Below, piece after piece: positions 35,781 through 49,711 of a DNA stretch of 64,000 bases. Made by a program: the position numbers and the translations under genes. Position 1 is the first letter of the stretch; the number at the start of each line of letters is the position of its first letter. Source of the stretch: Botryllus schlosseri (lineage: Eukaryota); assembly GCA_051294905.1 (NCBI GenBank), contig CM119373.1, forward strand, positions 4,590,001-4,654,000, in the 5' to 3' direction. Below the pieces are notes generated by a model. The model made no database searches, was not told where the DNA came from, and worked only from the letters and a program-made list of their open reading frames with translations.

Positions 35781-36736
35781 TAGGGATGGTGTGAACGAGA
35801 GGTTCACGTTCGCGTTCTGTGTGTGAACCTCGGAAATTTAGAGGCTCAAGTTCACAAACGAACCTTGGTATAGGTTCTGGACTGTGAACCTTTTTCATAT
35901 GTTACAATTTTTCATGTCATTATAACATCTTTTGCTGAAATTCTTTGCCATTCAACTTCGGACCACTCTATGCACGGCGCTGGCAGCATAAAATATCAAC
36001 ACTAAACGAGCATGCACTTTGCCAATCTCAAATATTTCACTTGCTTTGTTGCAAAAATTCGCTCGAAATATTCAGCTTACCGTTCGTGGATATTTAGTGA
36101 CTTTCTGCTGTGAGCTTGACCCGCAATAACGCAACATCAATAACAAAATACACTACATTTGGGGAGTCAGTGAATGATGCGTATTCAAAAAATCAGTGAA
36201 ATTGAAACAAAGAATACATCATCGTTGTCTAATATAAAAAAAATCTAACTGGCGTTCGGCATCCATCTTCATTTGATATTTTCATTGTATCATAACAACC
36301 AAATCCGTCCGATTGGGGTGTTGACTACTGCCGTATAACTTGTTTATCGGGTGATATCGTTGCATGTATAGAAACCCGTTTTACACTCTGCTCAATACCA
36401 ATGTAGCAATAGTCAGATGCCGAATATATTGACCGGTCTGGCACAGACCGTTAAGTCGTAAGTTTATGTTCCCTTCTAAGTCCTCGTCGAAATTGTTGGC
36501 AAAGTGACGGAAGATATCGATTTATTATAGCATTTCATTGCTAAGGTTGATACATTTGGTGACGGTTAAAACGTCAGCAAGTACTTAATTAAGCATTGTA
36601 GCTTATATTGCCTGAAATGTAGGGTTGGAATTAGCAATGTGACGTCATAATGTTCACGTTTGCGTTCACACTGAATCTTACAAAAAGGTTCGCGTTCACA
36701 CGAGCCTGAACCTTTTAGGTGTTCGCACCATCCCCA
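35781..36736. mobile_element. hAT-like MITE (TAGGGATGGTG family)
   Basis: Termini TAGGGATGGTGTGAAC / GTTCGCACCATCCCCA, degraded TSD ATCCCTGA / ATGCCTGG, homologous to 9382-10348. Confidence 0.8.
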
Positions 36737-38310
36737 ATGCCTGGGTTTGCGGCGGTATTCATGATGTTGTTCGACTACAATACTGATTTACACCAGGCCG
36801 ATATTCTTTATTGTGATTTCACATCTGCAGACGGGGAGCACGGCCCTCTTCCAGGCATACGCAGATCGGATGGCGAAGATGAGCATAGATAAACCGTTCT
36901 CGTTTGTAATCATATGTTACATACTGCACCGCAAAGCGTGGCGTGATTTAACGTCGTTAGATGTCTCGGTCTTATTATGGGTACACCTCTCCCCAATTAA
37001 AAATACGCATAATGTATAGAAATAAGCATTTCGGTGTCAGCCATCGCCATGCGAAGACACACCAAGTCATATGAAATTTGCGACATGTAATTACTAACAA
37101 CGGGCCCGCCCGAAGAGGTAATTAATTATTTATAAATAATTATTTATGAGCACGAAATTTTCAAATACAGCCCCACCTTCCTCTCAGCTCTACCGGTAAA
37201 TCTGATCACGTGGACTGAGAGAGGAAACTAATATATGCCAATATCAACGACCGAATTCAATCATGAATTCTGAAAAATGTTCATGCTAGCCGTGACCAGA
37301 TAACTATTACACACTGACAACATATAAACAGGACCCCAAGAGCAGTGGTTAAAACGTATGGTGAACGAGGGGTCTGGTGTATCGCGCAAAGAAGTTTGGA
37401 TGAAAAGTGGGTCTCGAACTGGAAAAGATTAGGAAGCAATGGATTAGACGACAGACTCTCAAACTTTTTGGACACGCCCCCTTGACGAAAGTGAAAAATT
37501 TCGCGCCTCCTTATCGACATATAAACGGGCAACCAGAATGTTTGCAATCCCAACTTATGGTGAGATGACTGGAGGGTTATGACTGTTGTGAGACCTCTCA
37601 AATATGTTTTCAGGCTGTACAATACATGGATCAATAACCAGGAGCTGGAGGTTTTTCAGCTGATTAATTTGCCAAAACCAATCTTAAACGTACCTGACCA
37701 TGAGCGAAATCAAAAAGCAATGGCATGGGTCACACGCAAACTTGGCACTTTGTCATTGGACAAACATTTTTTCTCAACCGGTAGGTGTTTGTTCGGCCTG
37801 AGAATAATTCAATTCAATAATTTCAGGCTCCGATTTACAAAAAGTGTCTTAATTGAATATACTCTGAGTGGCTACTTGGGCGCTGTGAACCACTGGTTCT
37901 CAATATTGTCAGATACTTGGAAATCCAAAATGCCGACACGGCCCGCACAAACTGTTCACAGAATCATTGTCGTTAGCAAACTTCTTGAACGAGTAGAAGC
38001 ACATCATCAGCGAGCCACTGATCGTTCAAGCATAGCTGATTAACCAATGAAGGGCCGTGATTTCGTGATTACTATTCTTTTAGTCGTTCGATGGTAACTT
38101 GAACGTCCAATCTTCAGCAGCTAATTTCAAACGCATTTAGACGAATCTCACCGACTTCCACGTGAGCTTATTGCAGGCCCATTGATGATTTTTTTTTATC
38201 AATAATCTATACTGAATGGGACATGGATAAGCATCATTTTTGAGATTTTTCAAATTATGGATAACCCTAATAGATAGTCAGCGAAGTCTTCCTAGTCAAC
38301 CAATCATTTA

Positions 38311-40076
38311 CACTGGTCTATACGATTTTTGCGCTAGGACTTCTTTGGGTCATTTATACCTAATTTGGGGGCGCTGAATACGAATCTGACGTTATTTTTG
38401 CTCTATCACATCACGGTTCTGAGACAATATCTATGTTGAATATTTCTACTTTATCGAGGTATTCAAGTAGATTTTGGCTACTTGCAGTACTTACGGAAGT
38501 AGTAATGTTTTATAACTACTGCAACATCTACCTAGACATTATTCTGGATGAACAAATTACGTTTGCAATTTGGTTTTTGTACAGTAGAAAGTAGTTCAGT
38601 GATAGTATTACACCACAATCATGAGTTAAATTGTCAAAAAAACGCGTGAAATAACCTCTGAATCACGGTAATTAAATATTATTTTTCGAATATTCTACTC
38701 ATGGGTGGTGTCTTTGTAGTCATTTTGCGTTAGCTGCGACCATACATCTTGCAAGTTCGTATGTAGCCACCTCCGACTAACTGTTGGAAGTATGCGACCA
38801 CCCTCCCCCCGGTCAAATATACTTGGATATTTACTGACTTTTTGCAATTCTCAGTCCTTTCATTTCGTTTTCCACTTAAAATAGTTTTTACATGTCTTGA
38901 AATTACTACTTCTAATTGTAACTGAGTAGAAATGTAAGGCGTTACTTGTGATACTTGAGTAGCAACGCCAACCATTTCGACCAACTCTAGTTTAGAAGAA
39001 TTAGTATGATAAGTACAGGCGGAGATTGATGAAGCTAAATTCTTTCAAGTCATCATGATAAGCACTTTTTTGTTTGGAAAAGCAGACATCCTATTTCTTT
39101 TAATGTTTCAAAACAAGCTTAAAAGGCTACATATTTGGGTCATGTACCGAAATGAGCAATTCTCTTCCACATAATATACCATCAATGCAATGTTTATTGT
39201 TTGCAAACTTTTACGTTTTACGAAAGAGGAATGTGCTGTCACAAAATGCATTGACCGATTAAGTCTGCAGGACAGATGTATAAAGATAGATAACGTAGGA
39301 ATCTAAATTAGGTACGGAGCTACTAATCACAATCTTCAAACGAAGACTGGTATATAAAGATGATAACAGCTACCGACTAAAAATAGTTGCATCCACATAT
39401 AAATTTATGGGTCGAAAAGAGGTCCTGATCGAAAGAAGATAGAGAACCACTGGATTCAAGTTCACCGAAAACTCAGTTATTCTGTTCCACAACTACCCAA
39501 GTTTCATTATTATAGATGATTTCAATAACAATATTTGATCTGTTGCTGTTGTACGCTCACCGTAATGTCACCGGCATTTGATGAATTTATTAAAATAAGA
39601 AAAAAAGATACCGAAAAAATCTTACATGATAGAGAAATTCTGTGCACATAATCGGATTTAGCAACCTAATATTAGCCTGAATCAATCATTAAAATTTTTG
39701 TCGCATAATTTGTTAAAAATTTGTATACCAGTGTCATTTTATGGGCCGAAAAGAGCTTCTGATTGAACGAAGATAGAGAATCACTGGGTTCAAGTTTACT
39801 GAAAACTCACTCATTATGTACTTCAACAACCCAGGTTTCATGATAGCTGATGTCAATAACAATATTTGATCTGTAGTTATTGTATGCTAACCGTGATGTC
39901 ACTAACGAAAGCCGATATTTGATTAATTTACGAAAAAGGAAAAAAATTAGTACGAAAAAAATCAGAGGTGATAGAGGAATTCTGAGCACAGAATCGGATT
40001 CTGCAACCTTATATTAGCCTTAATCAATCAATAAAATATTTTGCGCAAAATTTTTTTCGAAATTTGTAGACCAGTG
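38311..40076. mobile_element. Chapaev3-like non-autonomous element with a tandemly duplicated right end
   Basis: Termini CACTGGTCTA / TAGACCAGTG and a subterminal GGGGCGCTGAATACGAATCTG motif. 39403-39733 and 39737-40076 are diverged tandem copies. Confidence 0.6.
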
Positions 40077-40307
40077 TTTTTGACATAAATGAAAATTACA
40101 TAGAAAACGCATCGTTGTCTACTGCCTAAATTCCATAGCTGGTTGACGGGATCTATCTTGATTTGATGTGTTTATTGTGTCATAAAAACCAAATTCGTAC
40201 GATTGGGGTGCTGGCTACTGTATAACTTGTCTATGAGGTTATATCTGTAGTAAGTATGGAAACCGGCTTATCATTGTGACCAATATCAAAGTAGAATTAG
40301 TCTAAAG

Positions 40308-41743
40308 CAGTGGTTCTTAACCTTGCCCCCAGCGCCCCCAAGGGGGCGCTGGCGATTTTGAAAGGGGGCGGAAACGCTCAGGGGGCGATATGGGGGGCGC
40401 TGGGCTCAGGGGGGCGGTATGGGGGGCGCTGGAGAAAAATGGCTTCGCAGTAGATGATGAGTAGATGATGTGGTGATGGGACATATCCTTAATGAGTATT
40501 CAGAGCAAATTAACACCGAAAACTTCGTTACATATAGCCTTCAAAATACATATAGGTTTAATTGTCCATGGGCGCCTAAATGACTCACACCGAATGTTCC
40601 TGTCTTGGCAATCTGAACCCCAGAAGACGACTTTCATCTGGCAGGGGAAAATTATATGTCAGTGAAAAAATACCAATCTGAAATTGTGTGCGTCTTTTAG
40701 TTTAGTACGATTGGGCGACAGGGATATTATTGTTGGGTGATATCCCCGTTGAGCGATTCTATATTTTTTGATATTGCAGACAGGGGGTCACGAAATAACA
40801 TCATGCAACGAAGTCATACCAACGGGTTCGCCCGCCCGAATATGTTTAGTTATTAGTAACGGGCCCTACAGTTTCCAAGAAACCTCACAATGTTCGCTTT
40901 AAGTTTTGATGAGTCACACTCAACAAATCACTGCGCTGACCCTTGGACAACAGTGCGTAACGATTAAAAAAGGTAATAACTCCGGATTTAGTGTGCGCAA
41001 CGTAGATTTTCTGTGCGCAGAGACCGTGTCAGCACTGCGCACGTGCGCAGCTTAGGGGGTACATTGCACCTCACTCAGCTCTACCGGTAAATGTGTTTAC
41101 GTGAGCAGAGAGAGGATAAAAATTGATCTCAACACCCAACACCCAATGTAGATACCTAATGGGCTATCAGCAAATAGCGGGCAGCCTAATGGGGGTCTGG
41201 GAGTGAAGTCCCCCGGAAGTTTGGTTTATCACCCGATGGGGCCCAGGACCAACTTTTTTTGTTTGGGGGAGGGGGCTGACGAAGTGCTGTTACGGCCCTG
41301 GTAACGAATAATTGTATCTGCAGGCACGCCCGAATATGTTTAATTATTAATTACGTGCCCTTTATTTTCCTACACAACACCTCACTCAGAGCTACTGGTA
41401 AATCTGATTACGTGGGCTGAGAGGATAAGAAGTTTATAGCGATGTGATTACCACCTATTCATTCATCCATTATAGAAATACCTAGGGCGACCAGGCCACA
41501 CAAACTTTGCTGACCATCGAAGTCACGCCATGGGTTTCGTGGGGGCGAAGCCCTCAGAAGTTTGGTTTATAACGCTATTAGTGCGCAAGGCAATCGTTTT
41601 TACGGGGGTTGACGAAGTGCTGTTACGGCCCTCCCTCTTACTCATTGTCTTTAAGACATTCCTGACAATATGAAGTTTGGGGGCGCTGGAGCACAATAAT
41701 TTTTGAAAGGGGGCGCTGGAAGAAAAAAGGTTAAGAACCACTG
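40308..41743. mobile_element. Charlie-type hAT non-autonomous element (GGGGGCG-rich family)
   Basis: Termini CAGTGGTTCTTAACCT / AGGTTAAGAACCACTG and a perfect TSD GTCTAAAG. Near full-length homologue at 52330-53827. Confidence 0.92.
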
Positions 41744-42518
41744 GTCTAAAGACTAAAGAGTATTTTGTCCGATAAAGCTTAGACATCTGTTAGATTCCAG
41801 TATGTACTTCAGCACCGGAGCATAAAAAGACGTCGCCTATAAATGTCCGGACATGTACGGACAGCCAGAATCGTAACTTAAGCACCCGAAACCCAAATTA
41901 GAGGGCGGGGGCAAGCTTGAAGTGGGCTAAAAGTAATGTCGAAAATCAAAATAAACAAACAAGCAATTCGAGTTGATCACTCATTGTGGGTCCAAGACCA
42001 GTGTTCATGGGAGGGCTGACGAACTGCTGTTTGGGTCGATCCCGGCTACACACACAACCACAAAAGTTACGGCTGATAATCTCATAATAATGTCATAAAT
42101 GACAATATAGTGCCCTATTTTGGATAAATAAATGTGTGGAGCTGGTCCTGTAGCTAAAGGCCCTATATCTCGGTCGATATTGGAAAATTCATGATATGTC
42201 TGAAGATATAAGAGCTGACTAACATCAAAAAGTAGTGGAAGCAGTATAGTGCAATTACCCAAGAAGTCTGTTGCGGACCAAATGAGAATACCAATCAACT
42301 CCCGTATACAATGGATACAAGCAAACCTTTGCTAGTGTGACGTCAGATTGAAACTAGTGGACACTAAAGAGTGTCGTGACTATGGGTCACGAAAATATGA
42401 TAACTCTAGGATAGTGAACCCTTGTATTTGATTTTGGCATAATATTGCGACTATGCATAACGCCAACGAATCCCCTTGTTCGGTCATACTCGGATTGTAT
42501 TGTTTATTCGAGTGACTG

Positions 42519-42777
42519 TGTTATGTTCTTGATCTTGTTTGAACAATAACTCATACGACGAGGTTGCAATACGAAATCAGTATATTATCAGCAGAATAAC
42601 TATAAGGCAGCGACACGATCCAGAGTACAGGTAAACGTAAGACGAGAGAGGACGGAACACAAAGGGTATACATAGGCCACAAGCACGACACACGAGGAAA
42701 TAATGATTCGCGGTAATTACTAGTCCTATAGAAATTAGGAGTTGAACCACACTGAACGTAAATGCCCGAACATAACA
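42519..42777 (-). mobile_element. Solo LTR of the 51323-61612 Gypsy family
   Basis: Reverse-complement homology to 51323-51579, TGTTATG...CATAACA termini, and a perfect 5-bp TSD GACTG on both sides. Confidence 0.9.
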
Positions 42778-43340
42778 GACTGTTCCACGCATCAACTGTT
42801 AGGTTCAGAGTAAGTCAAGACATTAGAATAGCTCATTTGCAACGCTCATTGCCGCCAAATGTAGGACAACCTTCTATATCTTTTGCCATTGCACAATGCG
42901 TATTTGCCTGTAAATAAATATACAGTCAGCTATAACGCCTTATAGCGTCTAAAATGGCGATTTTAACTTGGTATCATTTACGCCGATTCGAAATGAGCCT
43001 ACGCCTGCAGATAGACCAACAAATTCCACACCTTGATACCAACATTTTGTGCCGTAATACGACTACACAACACCAAGGACTTCAGCAACCTTTTACTGGA
43101 AAGATTACAAACCAACTACGAAGCAGATACAAAATTTAGATATCTTTACAATCCCTGCTAGTATTTAAAATGAGAAATTTACCATAAACACATGTTGCAG
43201 AAGAGAGCAGTTTATCAACCAGTCGATAGTTACTTTTCGCTGTGAATCACGTGACCAAAGTCCTGCGACTAGGAAGTCACAAATCGTCTACTCTACGTTA
43301 AATAATCAGATCATAGCGTATGCGCGCAATCTAATATAAA

Positions 43341-43879
43341 TAGGGTTGCGTTTAACACAAATGGTTGTTTAAAACACATTGTTTAAAACATATTTTAAAC
43401 AGTGCTAAAAACACAGGCTTTTAAAAGAATGTTTTTGAAGTTGCATAATTATGCCATAACTGCATGTGCAAATACGTTCCAAAAACATGTTGTATGAGCA
43501 TACGGACGACGATTACCACCCAGTATAGCCGGCGTATATGATATGGCATGGTTGGAACCCTTGACATAGTCGGTTCAACAGTTACAGTGCGTTGATATAG
43601 ATTATTGGTACGGAATGAATGTTCTGATGATGATGACCGCCGAGCACGAAAATGCTGCATGACGATGTAGTCCTGGTAAAAGATATTTATGATCCTTATA
43701 TGAAAGGGGTTGGAAGCCTATTTTGTCACAGGAGCTATATTTACCCTATATTTTCGATTGTGAATATCAACCCACCATGGCGTCGCAATCGCATGACTTA
43801 GAAAAAAAACATGCTTTTAACAACGGTCTTGTTTTAATCACGTTTGTTTTAAATTGATTTTTGCAGCCTAAACAGCCTA
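43341..43879. mobile_element. hAT-like MITE with TTTAAAAC repeats
   Basis: TAGGGTTGC...CAGCCTA termini and TSD AATATAAA / AATATACA. Related ends lie near 48690-48760 and 50912. Confidence 0.5.
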
Positions 43880-45956
43880 AATATACATATAAATACCCAG
43901 TTCCCAATTTAATTTTCCTGAATAAGCGAAGGAGGGAAGAAACATACTCATTATGTGCTAGAAATGATGTACTGAGCGGTAATATTTTTCTGGAAGACGC
44001 AAATTAATTGTGTTTTTGGGATGTTTTGAGTAATTAGATTAGGACAATAATTGTGGCCGGTCTTGGCGTTTTATCTTGAGGTATCCAAGCTGTCGAATAA
44101 TCTGATTGCTGGTAATCTGAAAGGGCATCGAAATAGGTCGATGACCATATTAAATTCAGGAGGGATTTCTCCGGATAATTTGATATACGATACACAGATG
44201 AACAATGTTTTTTTCTTGCAAATCATCCATGCAAGCAGTCAGTGAGACATTGTCTGGCCTGACGGCAAGACAGATGGATGAAATCGCGACATTGTGATAA
44301 TTGGTATTTTCAATCAATGTTCCTGAATTACTAATTTGGCACATTTTACGCCCAAAATCATACAAATCGCACATTTTTGTTAGAGAGTGTAGCTCTAGAG
44401 CAGTGCTCTTTAACCTTTTTCGTCTTGATACACCCTTTTAACGTTTACTGAAAACTCGTACACCCCTGACCACATAATTCCATAGTAAGCCTAATCCAGA
44501 GGTGTTTTCCAGGCCTATACACGGCCTCACTTCGATTACATATAGCATACGCCCGCATTCCAGTGGAGAAACGACATGACCCACCTAGACATTCATGTTA
44601 AATTGGCTACCGGGAACTCCGCGCGGCGGAGGACCCTTGTGGTATTCTGTGCCAGCACTGAATTCTTGAGATATACCTAGCGCATAAAAGCTGCTATTGG
44701 TAGTAACAGAACGTTGCCACAGGCTTACCATATATGCAGCAAAATCGTGAGTATAAATGTTGAGAAAATTTATCGGGGTTCAGTTACTAGTCGCGCGGAG
44801 CTCGAACATTTTCTCCACCTCTTGAATGAATTTCGTCGATAATATTGGTAGTTTCACATATTGATATTACGGTCAAATATTTATCCATGTGAACAATTTA
44901 ACCGGTGAAGCTGATGGATGGGATATCTTCGAAAATTCTCTGAACAAATTGCTGATGATTCATCTTCCGGTTTATATTATTCACTTTTTTGCATAATATT
45001 ATTTCTTGACCGCCCATCAGGATTATCTATATGGTTAAGCCCAAACGTAGCCTACCAGCAAAACCTTCATTTGTGAGACGCACACGATTCCAACCTGGTA
45101 TTTTTTTCATGAGGCGTGAGCGCATCATTTCCCTCTGCGGTACACATTTGTACGGTTGGTCTCAGATTACAAGGACACCATTATATCATGAACGAAAATT
45201 CATGTCACCCTGAACCGCGCTATGCGATAAAATTTCTATAAATTTCAATTAAAATTTGTCAAAGATTTGGCAACCAATTCCATAATTCAAATTGTGTATT
45301 GAAGGCCAACGCGCGATTATTGTTTTTCGGCTACATGCGGCTGTACGTCCGGAAGTTGAACATGGATACCTGTGGCAAATCGAAATAAGGCTGCTACGTA
45401 TAAGAAATGCTGAATACTAATCAGGGTCAAGGCTGCCGGACCACCATCTAACACAGTGGTTCTCAATTTCGACGCCCGAGACCTCCGGGCTACGCCTCTG
45501 AAATTACGTACATTGCGTTATATATAAGCATTTCGCGAGAAGTACCTAATCAAAATGTCTCCGCTATTGCGGTAGTTTCCTCGAAAACCGTTATAGCCAG
45601 ATATCGCACGCTGAACACATGTAATCTTTACCGTGTTCTACTCGAAAAGGAACAGATAAGTCCATTACTAACTGTTAAATGATAACGCGAACCATAGTTT
45701 TATGGCATCACAAATGAATATAATTTACCACTCGCGCACAATTAATATGAGCATTGTACAATATTATTATGCATCCAGTCAACCTGTTTTGAAGCATAAA
45801 CTTGCGTATATATCGTGATAGCTAGTAATGTAGATGTAATGTAGTAATTAGGATCTGGTACACCTCGGTACACCCCATCCGAGTGGTACACCATTTGAAA
45901 ATTATGGTACACATCAGGGTGTACGATACACCCAGTGGAAGAGCCATGCTCTAGCT

Positions 45957-46777
45957 CAGTAGTTCTTAACCTTGTCTCCAGCGCCCCCAAGGGACGATTT
46001 GGATTTTAAAGGGGGCGGAAACGCCCAGGGGGCGATATGGGGGGAGCTGGGATCTGGGGGCGGTATGGGGGGCGCTGAAGATAAATGGCGTCGCAGAAGA
46101 TGGTGTAGTAGAGGCATGTGTTTGTTTATATAGTATAACAAGAGTTCCATATGTCCCTGGGTTCTCATTACAAATTACCAAAATCTGTCAAATCTTGAAA
46201 CTTTTCTTCGCGCATCGTGGGAATTTTGTACATACGCTGGTTCCATTAATGCAGTGGTTTATTATAATTCATGTAAAATGAATTGCGCGTACTTTTGGGT
46301 AGCCAATTATCCGTTAAAACACTTCCGTCACGCTTGCTCGGGTTATTTCCCACAAAATGTTTCAAACTATTACAATTGTAACTAGTAACTTACTAGTAAC
46401 ACAAAACAATAAAACTAAAACCAATACAACTAACGATTGCCAATCGCAGAGGTGAAATCGGGATGTGTAGATCGGGCTCGAACCAGATGGTATGAGCCGG
46501 TAGGCCTACCTACCCGATGGTCCTTGTAAATAACAACCTTGATCTGATCCCGTATATAGCACATATACAAGTATTATATCGTAAATTACTCGAGTGGTCC
46601 ACAGGCGCGATTCAAGCGCGAAATATCTCCAATGGTAGAGTCCTAACCCGAAAAGACCCACTGGACTTTGACCACTGTCCCATTGTTTTTTTACTACAGT
46701 CCCTATAATAGGGGGGCGCCAGACCCATGTAATTGTTGAAAGGGGGCGCTGGAGGAAAAAAAGGTTAATAACCACTT
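45957..46777. mobile_element. hAT non-autonomous element with the same ends as 40308-41743 but a different interior
   Basis: Termini CAGTAGTTCTTAACCT / AGGTTAATAACCACTT and a perfect TSD CTCTAGCT. Confidence 0.85.
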
Positions 46778-48327
46778 CTCTAGCTAGAGGACACCTGTGG
46801 CATAGACAGAGTAGCCTCACCTGCGATTGCGTAATTCATTATAAACAGTTTGCAATTTATAATCAATGGTATTAATCAAATGCTTGCGTGGCTTTGATTC
46901 CGAAAATCAAATAATCTTAGAGCATCAGAATCATGTCAAAAACACCAAGAAATTGGACACTAAACTTGTTACGTACAATGACAGCGCATGGAAACAATGC
47001 CTATGTGAGGCACATAAGTATTTGCCCCACTTAGTGTTGGTTAACAATTCGAACATCCCAGCGCAGTGAAAAATGCTCTATCGACTTGGTAAACCGGTGT
47101 ACTATAAATCGTGGAGTTGGGATGGCTAACAGGTGGTGCAGAGAAAATAAAGTCCCCTACAAATGTAGCTATTATGTATTTTTCATCCACATCAACTTGT
47201 AATTGTGGATATATGGTAGATTATAAGGTAACTTGCGTGGAAAGAGTGGCAATGTGTTATGAAACAAGTAGCCGAGGGTAACAGCTGACCTTTTTGGTTT
47301 ACGAAATTGTGGTTAGTCAATGCCTCACGAACAATGAACATTGCCGCACGTCACTGGTACGGTACATCATATATCCGCGTCTTTTGCCAACTTCAACAAT
47401 ATCGACAGTAATGATTAGAGTGATGTATGACGTATGCATTATGACTCACCTAATCATCTACAACATTTGACCCGTACTCGTGCAGTTTCGTATTGTCCCT
47501 ACCCGGAATTAAGTCGACGACGGCCTGAAGGCCATACATATACCTATCTAAAGTGTTCCGCACACCATTCAATTCGAGCGCTGCAGCTTATGTTCCAAAA
47601 GTCTCCTCATAATTCATTCTTAGTATGAGGTTTGCATGTCCTTATGCTTATTGCATGAAAAGAGATAATTGCGGGTTATTATATGTAAACGCAAAAGGAG
47701 GAAACTTTTACCAAATCAGAAAAGTTAGTTGATCGAGACTGAAAACGGCCGATTTTGCTATTTTTGCTGGAGTTGAGTAAAACAGGGCCGTCGCCTTCGT
47801 TCGACTCCCGAATGACCCGCTTGAACGTCCGTATTACCTATTTACCGTCATTTAGGCCGATTTTCAGTCGATCCGGCCTTTTACCGTAGCTGTAAAAGCT
47901 GTAAATGAGGATGAATTGCCAAAAAGGATGACATTTCGGCGTCCTCGGACGACATTTTCAAAAACCCGAGAAAGGAAAGCAAATCCTCCTAAATGAGGAC
48001 GTATGGTAGCCCTAGATAATTGGGATAAATGGAGTCGTCTATTACTGTAGAAGGTAACATTGTTCAAGCGTGTTGATTGTTATTTATTTCGATTTACCTA
48101 ATATTAAAACTCTTCAGCAGTTGACAGCACAGTGTGTTGCCGCAATCACTGAAATTACCTGATGCTGCTATGTGAATGATCATCTGCCTGTACAGAGCTA
48201 TAGCTTTGCCGTGAGTCATGAAACGCATCCCAAAAATTAGAGTCTATAATTGTACGCAGTTTGAAAATTATCAGCGTTGAATGCAGCCTATTTTCAACAG
48301 ATCTCAATTCAGCATCGCCAATCTACA

Positions 48328-49150
48328 ATGAAATATATGAGAATATATAAAATCATCGGCATTCTCTTCGTTGTAGTTTCTGTCAGAATTCGCACCGCCA
48401 GTGGTGAGTATTGCAAGTGATTTATTACGTTTGTGTGGTAGGCCTATTCTTTCTACAACGATCCCGCCTTGGGCATCTCATTCCTACACCATCACAACAT
48501 AGGCAGACATAGGGGATTGCTGCATCAATGTATTCGGAGGAGCTGCTCTGGCAGTGCTTTGTCAGTTCCTGTCGACGGGGACATCGTGTTGATATAAGTC
48601 GTAAAGACTAAAGTGATGGGCATATAAGGCAAATACCTGCACTGCGATGTATGCTCCGGCTATCGTTACCGCTGCATACGAGACAAAAGGTGTTTTAAAA
48701 CAAATTGTTGAAAACAGTTGTTCAACAGTGTTTTAAACAAATGCCTTTAAAAACAGTGTTTTTCTTCACGCCACATAGTTGACGATCACGATAGCAAAAT
48801 ATTACCCCGTGTCTGATCGCGGCTTAGTTTAATTCGGTTCTAAAAGTAACTTAAATCCATGTAGTTGTCGAGTAGAATGAATTGTACGCCTGTACCATAG
48901 ATGGTAGACGCGACTTGTACTCGCAGCAAGAACGAATAGCTGTCTACGGATCCTACCGCTTCTACCGTGGTCAGTGCCGTGACCGATGTGATAGATATGA
49001 TAATTTTGAACATTATCAATTGACCAGCAAGCGACAGCGTAATAGAGAAATGTATGGTAGCCTGGAGATGACAAATTTTCATGTTTTTCAGCACGTTTCT
49101 GTGCCAGGCGTTACAAAGATGGACGTTGGACTGCAGTGGGAAGTTGTCAA
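48328..49150 (+). CDS. 5' exons (48328-48403, probable 48901-48969, 49092-49150) of a secreted protein paralogous to lectin gene 1; the rest is not confidently located
   Basis: Signal-peptide-like MKYMRIYKIIGILFVVVSVRIRTAS with donor G|GTGAGT; phase 1-1 exon DGRRDLYSQQERIAVYGSYRFYR; 59-nt exon ARFCARRYKDGRWTAVGSCQ (TTTTCAG| ... |GTAAGT) matching gene 1 exon 2. Confidence 0.7.
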
Positions 49151-49711
49151 GTAAGTTTGATATTCATTCATTTATTTCATCATACGGTGGAAAATGTGTA
49201 ATGACAGGTCTGAGTCGACAGATCTGAGTAACTAATCAGTGATAATTAACCTCCACCGTCTGCGGAACACCTCTTTTCTTCGGACAGTCGATCAGATCCC
49301 CGAATTTTCAATTTTCGTTGAGTCATAACAAACAATAGTCTACCGCTATACATCTTGAACTACACTTCTATTACATTACTATATATTACTTGTGCACGGA
49401 ATAAACTGTGCAAGTGTGCATCAACAGATTGTTGAAAGAACAAATCCAATACAACATAATTTCAACAAAAAACGAACACAATATAATGTTGTTCTATTGT
49501 TGTTCTGCTGTTTTGCCTTCGCCGTGCAAAGTGTCATCGCATTGTACGCTGTTGCAACAGCGTAATCTTAATTACTGCAGTGCAGATAGAATTCACATTT
49601 CAGAAGGACTTGGTTTCGATTTAGAATCCTAACCGTCCCCTGCATACTCCACTACACACGACGTACCACCACAACTGTGACAATTCGCCTACTGTTCGGG
49701 CCTCATTACTA

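Noticed and set aside
37332..37450. Candidate second CTLD exon (GVWCIAQRSLDEKWVSNW)
   Set aside because: 29846-30140 already completes the CTLD in the right phase with all motifs. This segment runs into MITE sequence.
42005..42060. tRNA or SINE B-box-like GGGTCGATCCCGG
   Set aside because: No A-box, cloverleaf or tail could be supported.
46866..47069. Possible exon with YND..W..CLCE resembling a CTLD end
   Set aside because: Cys spacing and upstream CTLD motifs are missing, and no compatible partner exons were found.
48882..49154. 90-aa single-exon ORF from the ORF track
   Set aside because: Better explained as two exons in different frames separated by an intron (48970-49091).
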